Origin: Monosiga brevicollis MX1
Taxonomy: Eukaryota
DNA: 20,000 nt
Direction: 5' to 3'
NCBI RefSeq assembly: GCF_000002865.3
Contig: NW_001865091.1
Span: 74,974 to 94,973, forward strand
Position 1 is the stretch's first letter; each line of letters starts with the position of its first letter. This document shows positions 1 to 10,300 of the stretch, in pieces. Below the pieces are notes generated by a model, which was not told the DNA's origin, made no database searches, and worked only from the letters and a program-made list of their open reading frames with translations. A program made the translations under genes and the position numbers.

Positions 1-640
1 CGACCAGCACGACGACAACGACCAGCACGACGACAACGACCAGCACGAGTACCACGACCAGCACGACGACAACGACCACCACGAGTACCACGACCACCAC
101 GAGTACCACGACTAGCACTAGCACCACGACCACCACGAGTACCACGACTAGCACCAGCACGAGTACCACGACCAGCACGAGTACCACGACTAGCACTACC
201 ACCACTTGTACCACGAGTACCACGAGTACCACGACCACGACCACAATAACTACCAGCACGAGTACCACGACCACGACAACCAGCACGACTAGCACGAGTA
301 CCACGACCACCACGAGTACCACGACCACCACGAGTACCACGAGTACCACGACCAACACGACGACAACGACCAGCACGAGTACCACGACCACGACGACCAT
401 CACGACCACCACGAGTACCACGAGTACCACGAGTACCACAAGCACCACGAGTACCACGACCACAACAACCACAACAACTACCACGACCAGTACGACTAGC
501 AAACCGAGCACAGCTACCACAACCACATCAACCAGCACAACTAGCACAGCCAGCACAACCTCTACAACCAATGCCGCGACCAGCGCGACTATTACAACCA
601 CCACTACAAACCAGGCGCCCAATCCTACGACAACTACGAC
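1..640 (+). repeat. Degenerate coding tandem repeat (ACG/ACC/AGT/AGC codons, units such as acgagtaccacgacc) encoding a poly-Thr/Ser mucin stalk
   Basis: Directly visible low-complexity ACN-rich repeat. Confidence 0.9.
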
Positions 641-1013
641 CACGTTGGATACAGCATCAACTACGAGTGGTGCAGTGCCCGGGTGGATAGCGGGTGGATC
701 GCGTGAATCTTGCTTTGACGCATGCAGTGCGCTGGGGCTGCCATGCCAAGACGGCCCATTGGATGCAATCAATTCTCCGGCGCGTTTTATGGACGTTGTT
801 ACTCAAGGCCTTGGGCTACCCGAGACAACATGTCGGAACGCACCAAGTCAATCTGGCAGTGGAAACGCGCCTTTCATGACAACCAACGGTGGCTGCTCAT
901 ATCCAAGCGGCTCAAGTTCGCCGATTTTGTGCGAGACAACCCCGTCGAATCCGACGTTTCGCCGTATTTGTTGCTGTTCGCCTGATCCTACTGCTTGTCC
1001 GGCAAGTTTCTAA
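1..1013 (+). CDS. 3' part (5'-truncated) of a mucin-like protein: about 215 aa Thr/Ser-rich stalk followed by a C-terminal Cys-rich domain of about 110 aa
   Basis: Frame 3 reads TSTTTTTSTTTT... from position 3 with no stop found and is the same frame as ORF 645..1013 (GWIAGGSRESCFDACSALGLPC...RRICCCSPDPTACPASF*). TAA at 1011-1013. Confidence 0.85.
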   Translation, partial: TSTTTTTSTTTTTSTSTTTSTTTTTTTSTTTTTSTTTSTSTTTTTSTTTSTSTSTTTSTSTTTSTTTTCTTSTTSTTTTTTITTSTSTTTTTTSTTSTSTTTTTSTTTTTSTTSTTTNTTTTTSTSTTTTTTITTTTSTTSTTSTTSTTSTTTTTTTTTTTTSTTSKPSTATTTTSTSTTSTASTTSTTNAATSATITTTTTNQAPNPTTTTTTLDTASTTSGAVPGWIAGGSRESCFDACSALGLPCQDGPLDAINSPARFMDVVTQGLGLPETTCRNAPSQSGSGNAPFMTTNGGCSYPSGSSSPILCETTPSNPTFRRICCCSPDPTACPASF

Positions 1014-1290
1014 GGACAGTGTCGCTCTGGCATCTTGACGGGTTGACGACGGAGCGCGAGAGAACAGTGGTATCAGGTTTGAGCCGCTCTTTTAGTTCAG
1101 GATTTTGGTTTGGCACTGTGCTGTGCTTGCCGTGGCACCAAGTCTGTCAATAGTATTTGTATGCACACATGTTTGTGTGCGGGGCTTGCACGTATTGTCT
1201 TCTTTGCCTCGCTCAATTTACTCATGTTATTACAAGGGCTGGAAGCATCGACCTTGACGCAAAATTAAAATAGGGCCGAAGACTTGAAAG

Positions 1291-2215
1291 CTATATTGTG
1301 GCCAGACTGGGCTGTGCAAAGATTTGGGCAATGTCGTCCCAACTGTTGAGCTTGGCCACGTTGAGTGGAGTCTCTCCTCGCTGTGGGAAGTAGGCCAAAG
1401 CCAAATTTTTAAAAAAAAAAAATGAGCTTTATGGGATAGGCACAAGGTTTTTGCCAAAGTTTCCAGGAAGAGCGATTTCTCTTTGCACGAGGCACGCTTA
1501 CACGATCCAGGACGTTGATTTGAGCGTGTGCCTCAACCAGGCGCTTGATAATGTCGAGGTGACCGTAGCGGCAGCTCCAGTGCAGTGGTGTCCAGCCCGT
1601 CTGAATATGATGTGTTGCCACAGGAAGTGAACAACAAGCCGGGCAAAGCTGTGGATGACTGGGTTGAGAGGGCTCACGTTTTCTTTGGCGTTGACATTGG
1701 CACCGGCATTGAGCAAGGCCTCAACGATTGCGGTTCTTCCATTTGCGCAGGCGATGTGAAGCGGCGTTCGACCGAGCTGAGGGCCACGATCGGATTGATG
1801 GGATTGAGAAAGCACAGGGCCAGGCAAATGAGCATGCTATTTGTTTGTATGTCCATGCCGTGGGTTTGTGTGATCGAGACCCCGTCCCGTGTATGTGTGA
1901 GGGTGGGCGAGCGAACCGTGGTCTGGGCATCGACAGATGCACCGGCGGCAAGAAAGCGGTGAACCAGGTCAATGTGGCCCCGAGCGCAGGCCCAGTGCAG
2001 CGGAGCGTTTCCATCCTGTCGCGTGGTTGAAGGAGGGGGTGAGCGAGGATACTGGGGGAGGCCAACGCAGTTGAAGAGCGCAACGGGACCTTTGGGCTCA
2101 GAGTGAGAGCAAGCGTCTGAACATCATCTGGGTGCTGGATGTCAAGATAGGCTGAGGCAGGCAGGCTGGAGGCACTGCGACATGCGGAACGAAGGCGTTG
2201 CCCTCGACGGGCCAT
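1291..2215 (-). CDS. Small ankyrin-repeat protein (about 170 aa). Exons 2215-2090 (tentative), 2015-1917, 1776-1678, 1600-1502, 1380-1291
   Basis: Exons translate as DGNAPLHWACARGHIDLVHRFLAAGASVDAQTT, LGRTPLHIACANGRTAIVEALLNAGANVNAKEN, TGWTPLHWSCRYGHLDIIKRLVEAHAQINVLDR and RGETPLNVAKLNSWDDIAQIFAQPSLATI*, matching the ankyrin consensus GxTPLHxA...G. Phase-0 GT..AG introns at 1916-1777, 1677-1601 and 1501-1381. The first exon (MARRGQRLRSACRS...SPK, weak donor GTCCCG, intron 2089-2016) is uncertain. Confidence 0.88.
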
Positions 2216-2440
2216 CGTAGCGGTGGTCTGTGGAGCGGGGCTGCTGATGCAGTCGATGGCAGCATCAGAGTCAGCTTGGCCAGGCGCCCTGGAATGGCTG
2301 GCCCAAGCCTCGGCACACCACGCCACAGCGACCAGCATGTTGTGCAAAAAGGATCAAGCTCAGGAAGCCAAAGGGGATCAGGAAAGAGGGGGAGAGCCAG
2401 AAGCTGTTTGTCGTATCAGGATGAAGGCACAAGTGTTTTG

Positions 2441-2690
2441 AGAGGCAGGAGGAAGAGGGGAGGAAGAGGGATGGAAGGAGGCAGAGGGGAAGGAGGATGG
2501 GAGGAGGGATGGGAGGCAGGAGGAAGGAGGAGGAAGAAGGAATGGGAGGCAGGAGGAAGGAGGAGGAAGAAAGGAAGGAGGAGGCAGAGGGGATAGAAGG
2601 AGGCAGAGAGGAAGGAGGAGGCAGAAAGGAAGAGGGGATAGAAGGAGGAGGCAGAGAGGAGGCAGAGAGGATGGGGGAAGCAGCAGGTGT
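2441..2690. repeat. Polypurine/polypyrimidine (GA-rich) low-complexity tract with short internal duplications
   Basis: Almost all A/G on the + strand. atgggaggcaggaggaaggaggaggaagaa occurs at about 2509 and 2542, and agaggggatagaaggagg occurs twice. Confidence 0.85.
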
Positions 2691-3547
2691 CAAATGCGCT
2701 GCAGCGGCGTCTCTCTCTTTTTTTTTTTTTTTTTGCCGAAATCCGGAGAGACGTCCGCATGCTGACAATTCCAACAGGAGTTTATATTGAAGAGTTACAT
2801 GTGAAATTGGTATTTTAGTCAACGCAAGGTTTGAAGGAAGAGTGTATAGTATGACATAGTGTACACATCAATTGATAATTTTGGATGACAATGACGCGAC
2901 TCGAAAACGCCCTCTGGCCATGCGCCCATCAAAGGAAGTTGTAGCGACTAGCCGACTTTACGTAGATAGCAAGGCATGTACAATGATAACTGATGCATAA
3001 CGTTATAGGGATGATGCATGTGTAATTAGTTGACGTGGTGTGTCAACTCCAATTGCGGTGATACGTGTGGCATGGGGGCGCTGCACGTATGTGCCATACG
3101 ATCGGCAAGTGTGATGATATCAAGGGAAATCGTTGTAAAGTGGTGCGTATCGGTGTGGTAATGTGTGTGGGGTGTGTGACTTTGGCATCTGCCATGTATG
3201 GCCCGAGTGGACATGAGCGCCCTCTTGCCATCCTCCCTCTTGCTCGTTCCTTTCGATTTCCGTTCATCTCTAGAACGAATGGGTAGTGGTGAACACCTCT
3301 CTGACATTATCACGACCGATCTGATTGCTCTCTGCTTTCTGCTTTTAAAATACTTTGCAGACTATCTAAAAACCTTGCCCCTCTCTGAATGTTGTGCATG
3401 TTTTCACTCCCTCTCTACCTCCGAGCCCTCCCTCAAAACGTACCTCTACCCCAGCCCCCCTCGTACCTCCCTCCCTCTAGCCCCCCCCCCTCCGCGCACG
3501 GCTCATTAAAGAGAGAGAGAAAAAAAAAAACATTTTCGCGCCGCGCG

Positions 3548-3571
3548 CTCTCTCTCTCTCTCTCTCCGGGC

Positions 3572-3611
<40 letters not shown>
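3548..3611. repeat. Compound microsatellite: (CT)n then (TG)n
   Basis: CT run at about 3548-3566 and TG run at about 3575-3611, preceded by (GA)5 and poly-A at 3511-3530. Confidence 0.95.
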
Positions 3612-3613
<2 letters not shown>

Positions 3614-4316
3614 CAGTGTCTTTTGCGCGGCCCGCTCGCTCTCTGGGCTTCGCGTGCGCGGGCTCGCTCTGCGCTTGTGGCCGTGTGCAGTGCGGGTTCT
3701 GGCTTTTTTTTTTGCTTCTGTCTCGGGGTGATTTCCATCTCTGTCTCGGTCGTCGTGTGTTGCTCCTTCGCGCGTCAGCTCCCCAGAATCCTGAGCCCTC
3801 ACGCACTCTTCCTTTTCGTCTGCCCCCGTCCGGGCTCTCCTCCTCTTCTGGTGCTGCAGGGGGGGGACCTTTTTATCTTGCGCAGGCTTTCAGACACGTC
3901 GATTCTGACATGTACGTGTTCTTTCGACCGCCGCCCCGGCTTGCCCGGGCTTGCCCGCCTCCCTGCCGTGCCCTGCGCTGACCCCCACACGCGCATGTCG
4001 CACCCATGAATCGCCGCGCTCGCTCGGCGTAGAAATCATGGCATTCGAATGCTAGTGCCTTCAAATCCCTCTTCCGCTGTTCAGAGGCGAGCGTGTTTCC
4101 TCTCCCTCTGTCCCCCTCTTTCCGCACGCAGTCACCCGAGGCGCGCATCGCGGTAAGGCCTGATCACGCGTGACTTGCTGTTCTAGCGATCAATTTTGAG
4201 CCAAAATCGTGTGCTGACTCTTGAACGGTGAAAAGTTGTTCTATGCTCACCGCCGCCCGCCCCCCACCTGTTGTACGGCCCTTGGTGCGGCACAATCTAG
4301 CCAGCCAACCGGCGCC

Positions 4317-4395
4317 ATGATCCATTCAAATAGGGTCGTGCCCTTGCTCATGGGCCTGTGCCTGGTCTTGTCTCAACTGGCCGACGTCACGCAAG
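4317..4395 (+). other. Exon 1 encoding the signal peptide
   Basis: Basic residue, then hydrophobic core VVPLLMGLCLVL, then a VTQG-like cleavage region. Followed by a GT donor and a T-rich intron. Confidence 0.8.
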
Positions 4396-7300
4396 GTATC
4401 CTTGCTCACCCCCCTCGCCTGTTTTCCCTCTTTGCCCCTTGTAATTTTTTTTTTTTTAGATTTTTTTTAATTGTTTATGTGTGTGTGTGTGGTTATATGA
4501 TGCCAAGTCTTACTCCAAATCCCCTTGTACAGGTGCATGTGAGGTCGGAGGCTGCAATCATGGTCAGTGCAACACCACAAGCAACGCTTGTGAGTGCGAG
4601 CCCGGCTTTTTTGGCCCTGCGTGTGCCTTTGAACAATGCAACGAGATGCGGGCGTTTCGCCCCGGTCTGTTGGTCAACATGTACGACGACTACAGCTTCA
4701 GGTCCATGGACGGCGGGCAAACGGTCTGGCCCTATATCAGCTTTGATTGGAACTACGGCGCCCCGTATCCTCTTCCCTCGGACCACTTCTCCCTCCTGGC
4801 CCAAGGGGTGCTACGTCCCACCCAAACGGGCTACTACAAATTTCAATGCCGCTACCGTCAAGGCGCCTGCCGTATCTTTGTGGATCGCAATCAGACGACC
4901 ACCGAGCAGGCCATGTACCTTTCTGCCGGCCAAGCGTATCGCCTCAAGCTGGAGTTTCAGCACTCCACAAGCCACACCTATTGGTACTTTGATTGGTCTG
5001 GCCCCCTCGCCGACCCAGGGGCCGAGCCCAGCTTTGCCCCTGTGCCCGCCGACCACCTGGAACACGAGGCTGTGTGCACCGCCGGCTGCTCTGCTCGTGG
5101 CTGCTGCGAAGTCTCCGATCAGTGCTTTTGCCCCGAAGGTTTTACCGGCAGCGACTGTAGCGTGCCCATTGACACCCCAAACTGCGGCACGGACCATCCA
5201 CAGGGGCCCTACTTGCCGGGCGGCGTCAACATTGCCCTCTATAGCGACTATTATTGGGGGTCTGGGCAACCACCCGTGACTCAGCTCACCCAACGCTCGC
5301 CTTACTTTAGCGCTGGTTACGGCACGCCGTCCTCTCTCATCAGCAACCGTGATTACTGGTCTCTCACCTTTTACGGCAAGCTGCGCGTCAACGTCACGGG
5401 GTGGTACACCTTTCAGACCACCATGGGCAGTGGATATGGTGTTGCGCTCATCGGACCCCATGCCGTTATCATGCCCCTCATGGGCAGCACCAGCCGCGAC
5501 ATCTTCCTCATCGGTGGCCGCCTCTATGATCTGCACGCCAGCTACAAACACAGCGTCAACTCGGGCCACTTTCGTCTGCGTTGGGCACCTCCAGGTCAAG
5601 AACTGGTCACCATCCCCACTTCAGAACTTTTCACTCCGACCCAGGGCAGCTATTGCCAAATCGGTTTTCTTTGCAACGAAACCGGCTTCAACAACAACGG
5701 CGCCTGCCTATGCGATCCCCTTCATGAAGGCGAACACTGTGAGCATTATCGCTGCCGCTCTGACGAATGTCGCTACCACGACAATTGCTACGATGAGGCC
5801 TATGGCAGTGACGACGCCGAATGCAATGGCCAGGGGCGGTGTGTCGCTGGTGTTTGCGAGTGCGAGGATGGCTTTACGGATCACAGCCAGTGCACCCGCG
5901 AAGGCTGTACCGATGCGTCAGACTGCTCCAACCACGGGGCGTGTGGGTTGGATGGTATTTGTCAATGTGAGACCGGGTACATGGGCGAGTTTTGCGAGCT
6001 GACCGTCTGCGGAAATGATCGCGCCACGCTCGCCGGTTTGATTGCCACCTACTACGACGGCAGCGCCTTTAACGAAAGGCGCGCCATGGTGGCGGTTCCC
6101 ACCGTTTATCTCGACATTGACTATGGCGCCCCACATCCCGGACTGCCAAGCGACTACTTTAGCGTGGTCTATGCGGGGTTTGTGCGGCCCAAGGAAACGG
6201 GCTGGTATCGCTTCCGACTGCGCCGTGAGAATAGCGATGCGTACATTTATATGAATCAGACCTCCTACGACGACAATGCCATGCTCCTGACGCGCGCCGA
6301 ACAGCTGCGCATCAAACTTGAATGGCGCCACTACACATCAGACACATCGCTGTATTTCGAGTGGATGGGGCCGTTTCCCAATTCGACGCTGGCGCAGGCA
6401 GCACCGTCGAGCGAGTTTACGATTGTTCCGGAACACGTGCTGCTGCACAAGGCGGTGTGTCCCGGGGGATGCTCGGGCCGTGGCTGCTGTGTGGCAGCGG
6501 ACACCTGCTCGTGTGATCCGGGCTTTACCGGGCCGCGGTGCGAAGTGGCTTTTTCCGAGTGTGGAGACGATGCCCCTGAAGGCAACCTAGAGTCGGGTGG
6601 TCTGCGTGCGCGGTTCTACGATGAGCGCCTTGAGGACGCTTTGACCAGCACTGCTGCCTGGGTTGATAGCGGAGTCCGCACGGTCATTAGCTCTCACTGG
6701 GGTTATGGTGCGCCGGCCTCGGGCATCGACAACGACTACTGGACAATCGTTTATACGGGCTACCTGCTCCCGATCCAGTCAGGCTGGCACCGAATTCGTG
6801 CAAGAACCGACTCGATGGACGCTCGGCTGTACCTGGGTGGGGTGCGGCTCTTCACGTGGACGACGGCCTGGACTCAGAGTGTCTACCTCGTGGCGGGCCG
6901 TCTTTACAACATCCGCTTTGATGCACGTGACGGCACGTCAGACGCTGGCGTGTGGCTTTATTGGGAAGGCCCGGGCTTTATGGAGCAAATTATTCCAAAG
7001 ACCAATCTCTTTCACTATGAAACTGGCTTTGCTTGCTCCTGCGGGGTCGACGCTTGTACGACCTACGAGCGCGGTGTCTGTGCCAACGGCCTGTGCGTGT
7101 GCCACGGCCAGTTTGAGGGCGAGCACTGTGAGCACTATCGCTGCCGTGCCGACGAGTGCCGCTACCATGACAACTGCTACGATGAAGCCTATGGCAGTGA
7201 CGATGCCGAGTGCAACGGTCAAGGCCGCTGCATGGCCGGTCTTTGTGAATGCCCATCGGGTCTCACCAACGAAAGCCAGTGTACTCGCCAAGGCTGTGTC

Positions 7301-10300
7301 GACGAGGCTGACTGCTCCTACCATGGAGTCTGTGGCGAAGATGGCACGTGTCAGTGCGATGCCGAGTACATGGGCGAATTTTGTGAGCTGACCGTTTGCG
7401 GGGATGATCGTGCCACGCTTGCCGGTCTAATTGCCACTTACTACGACGGCAGCGCTTTCAACGAAAGGCGCGCCATGGTGGCTGTCCCATCGGTGTACAC
7501 CGATGTGGCCTACGGGGAACCGCATCCCGGTTTGCCGAGCGACTACTTTAGCGTGGTCTATGCGGGGTTTGTGCGGCCCAAGGAAACGGGCTGGTATCGC
7601 TTCCGACTGCGGTGGGAGCGCAGTGATGTCTACTTTTATCTCAACCGAACGCAGTACGACGACTCGAGCAGTGCGCTGTTGTATGAGGCCGGGGACATGA
7701 TCCGTATGAAGATTGAATGGCGCCACTACACATCAGACACATCGCTGTATTTTGAGTGGATGGGGCCGTTTGCCAATTCGACGCTGGCGCAGGCAGCGCC
7801 GTCGAGCGAGTTTACGGCAGTTCCGGAACACGTGCTGCTGCACGAGGCGGTGTGTCCCGGGGGTTGCTCGGGCCGCGGCTGCTGTGTGGCAGCGGACACC
7901 TGCTCGTGTGATCCGGGCTATGGTGGTCCAAACTGTGAGGTGGATTTGTCGACTTGCGGACCAGACGCACCCAGAGGGGCATTGCAATCTGGCGGCGTCA
8001 AGGTGCGCTACTTTAATGGCGTGCAAGAAGACGCCATGACCGCCAATGTGACTTGGGCTGACGGCGGAGTCAAGAGTCGCATCAACCTCGCATGGGGTTA
8101 TGGTTCGCCGGCCTCGGGCATCAGCAGTGACCACTGGACTGCTGTCTTTAGTGGCTGGCTTCTTTCTGACCAAACGGGCTGGCATCGGTTCCGTGTGGCG
8201 ACCGACTCGATGGACGCCCGGCTGTACCTGGGTGGGGTGCGGCTCTTCACGTGGACGACGGCTTGGTCTCAGAGTGTCTACCTCGTGGCGGGTCGCCTTT
8301 ACGACATGCGCTTTGATGCACGTGATGGCACGTCTGATGCCTCAGTGTGGCTTTACTGGCAAGGCCCCGGCTTTATGGAGCATTTGGTGCCTTCGGCTAA
8401 TCTTTACCATTACGAAGATGGCTTTATGTGTGGTTGTGGCAGCAGTGGGTGCAGCGGCTCGGGTCGAGGCGTGTGTGCAGATGCCATGTGCGTGTGCCAC
8501 GGCCAATTTGAGGGCACGTCTTGTGAGCACTATCGCTGCCGTGCCGATGAGTGCCGCTACCATGATAACTGCTACGATGAAGCGTACGGCAGTGACAATG
8601 CTGAGTGCAATGGTCAAGGCCGCTGCGTGGCCGGTGTTTGTGAATGCAACAGTGGTTTTGCCGATGAAAGCCGGTGCACGCGAGAGGGTTGTGTAGACAC
8701 CGTCGATTGCTCCCAGCGAGGCACGTGTAATGCCGCGGGCCAGTGCGAGTGCGACACCGGCTACATGGGGGAAGCGTGCGAGCTGAGCGTATGTGGCAAT
8801 GAGCGTGCCATGCTGCCAGGGATCTTGACTACCTACTACGCTGGCTCCGCGTTTGGAGAGCGGCGCATCTCCATTGCCGAGCCAAACATATATCGTAATT
8901 TGGACGGCAATATTCCATTCCCCGGCCTGCCGAGCGATTATTTTAGCGCCACGTTCGAGGGGTTTGTGCGACCCAAGGTGACGGGGTGGTATCGCTTTCG
9001 ATTGGGGTGGGAACGCGGCTCGGGTCGCGTCTTCTTAAACCGGACACAATACACTGACTCTGCTCATTCGATGCTCTTGACTCGGGGCGAGCTGCTTCGT
9101 CTCAAGGTGGAATGGCAGCATGATCGTTATGACACTGCTGTATATTTTGAGTGGATGGGCCCTTTTGTCAACTCCTCGCTGGCTGAAAGCACCGACTCGA
9201 CAGCCTTTGAAGCCGTTCCATCGTTTGCACTGTTACACGAAGCCGTGTGCACCGGTGGTTGTTCGGACCATGGCTGCTGTGTGGCACCCAACACGTGCTC
9301 GTGCGATGAAGGCTACACGGGGCCACATTGTGAGGTAGAGGTCTCGACGTGCGCCTCGGAACCCCGCGGCTCGCTCGCGTCGGGCTTGCAGTTGCGCTTT
9401 TTCAACGGCCACTACACAGATGCCATGGTGGATGGTGTTCCAGTCGTAACGCAGCGGGCCAGCAATATTCACGTCGATTATGGATATGGCTCCCCTGCCA
9501 GTGGGGTGCAATCCGATTATTTCATCGCCGTCTGGTCAGGGTACATTCTCCCGCCGCAAACGGGTTGGTACACCTTCCGAGTTTGGACCGACCACATGTC
9601 GGCTCGTCTGTTTGTGGCCAATCAACTTTTGGTAGACTGGGAAGACGCCTGGTCAACGCAGATCTATCTGCACGCCGACCGCTATTATGAGCTACGCTAC
9701 GACGCTCGCGAGGGCGTTTATGACGCGGCAGCACGTCTTTACTGGACGGGACCAGGCTTTATGGAGCACATTGTGCCTTCTTCAGTTTTATTTTCACTGC
9801 CGGACGACGTCAGTTGCCCATGCCCGGACAATTGCACTCGACACACCCAGGGCTATTGTTTGGACGGCTTTTGTGCTTGCACCGGTGCCTTTGTGGGTGA
9901 CAATTGCAACGAAGTGCGCTGCCGCACAGACGAATGTTTGGGGCACGATGACTGTCATGATCCTGCTCTGGGAAGCAACAATGCCGAGTGCAGCGGCCTG
10001 GGCAGCTGTGTTGACGGCCAGTGCGCCTGCCCTGATTTGGGCCTGCAGGCATCATGCACCACAGAATTGTGTCCGGGGGATGGTACCTGCGGCTTGCACG
10101 GGACCTGCACCAACGACGGTTGTCTTTGCGAGGCTGGCTTTGATGGCAACGCGTGCCAATATCATTCCTGCCCCCGCGAAATGGGCCAACTGCCTGGTTT
10201 GCGTGCGCGGTTCTACAACGAAGTAGAGCGTTTGATTGTGGTTGCCTCCACAGTGGTCGACTACACAGCCGCCTCCTGGAGCGATAGCCCTTATCCGGGT

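Noticed and set aside
2198..2822. Gly/Glu/Arg-rich or Pro/Ser/Leu-rich ORFs on both strands
   Set aside because: By-products of the polypurine tract, which is poor in stop codons.
3389..4009. ORFs containing CVCVCV / HTHTHT runs
   Set aside because: Translations of microsatellites and poly-T runs with no domain signal.
4221..5279. 352-aa ORF as an independent gene
   Set aside because: Only 4317-4395 (signal peptide) is used. The rest is intron read-through and an off-frame overlap with the EGF/PA14 exon.
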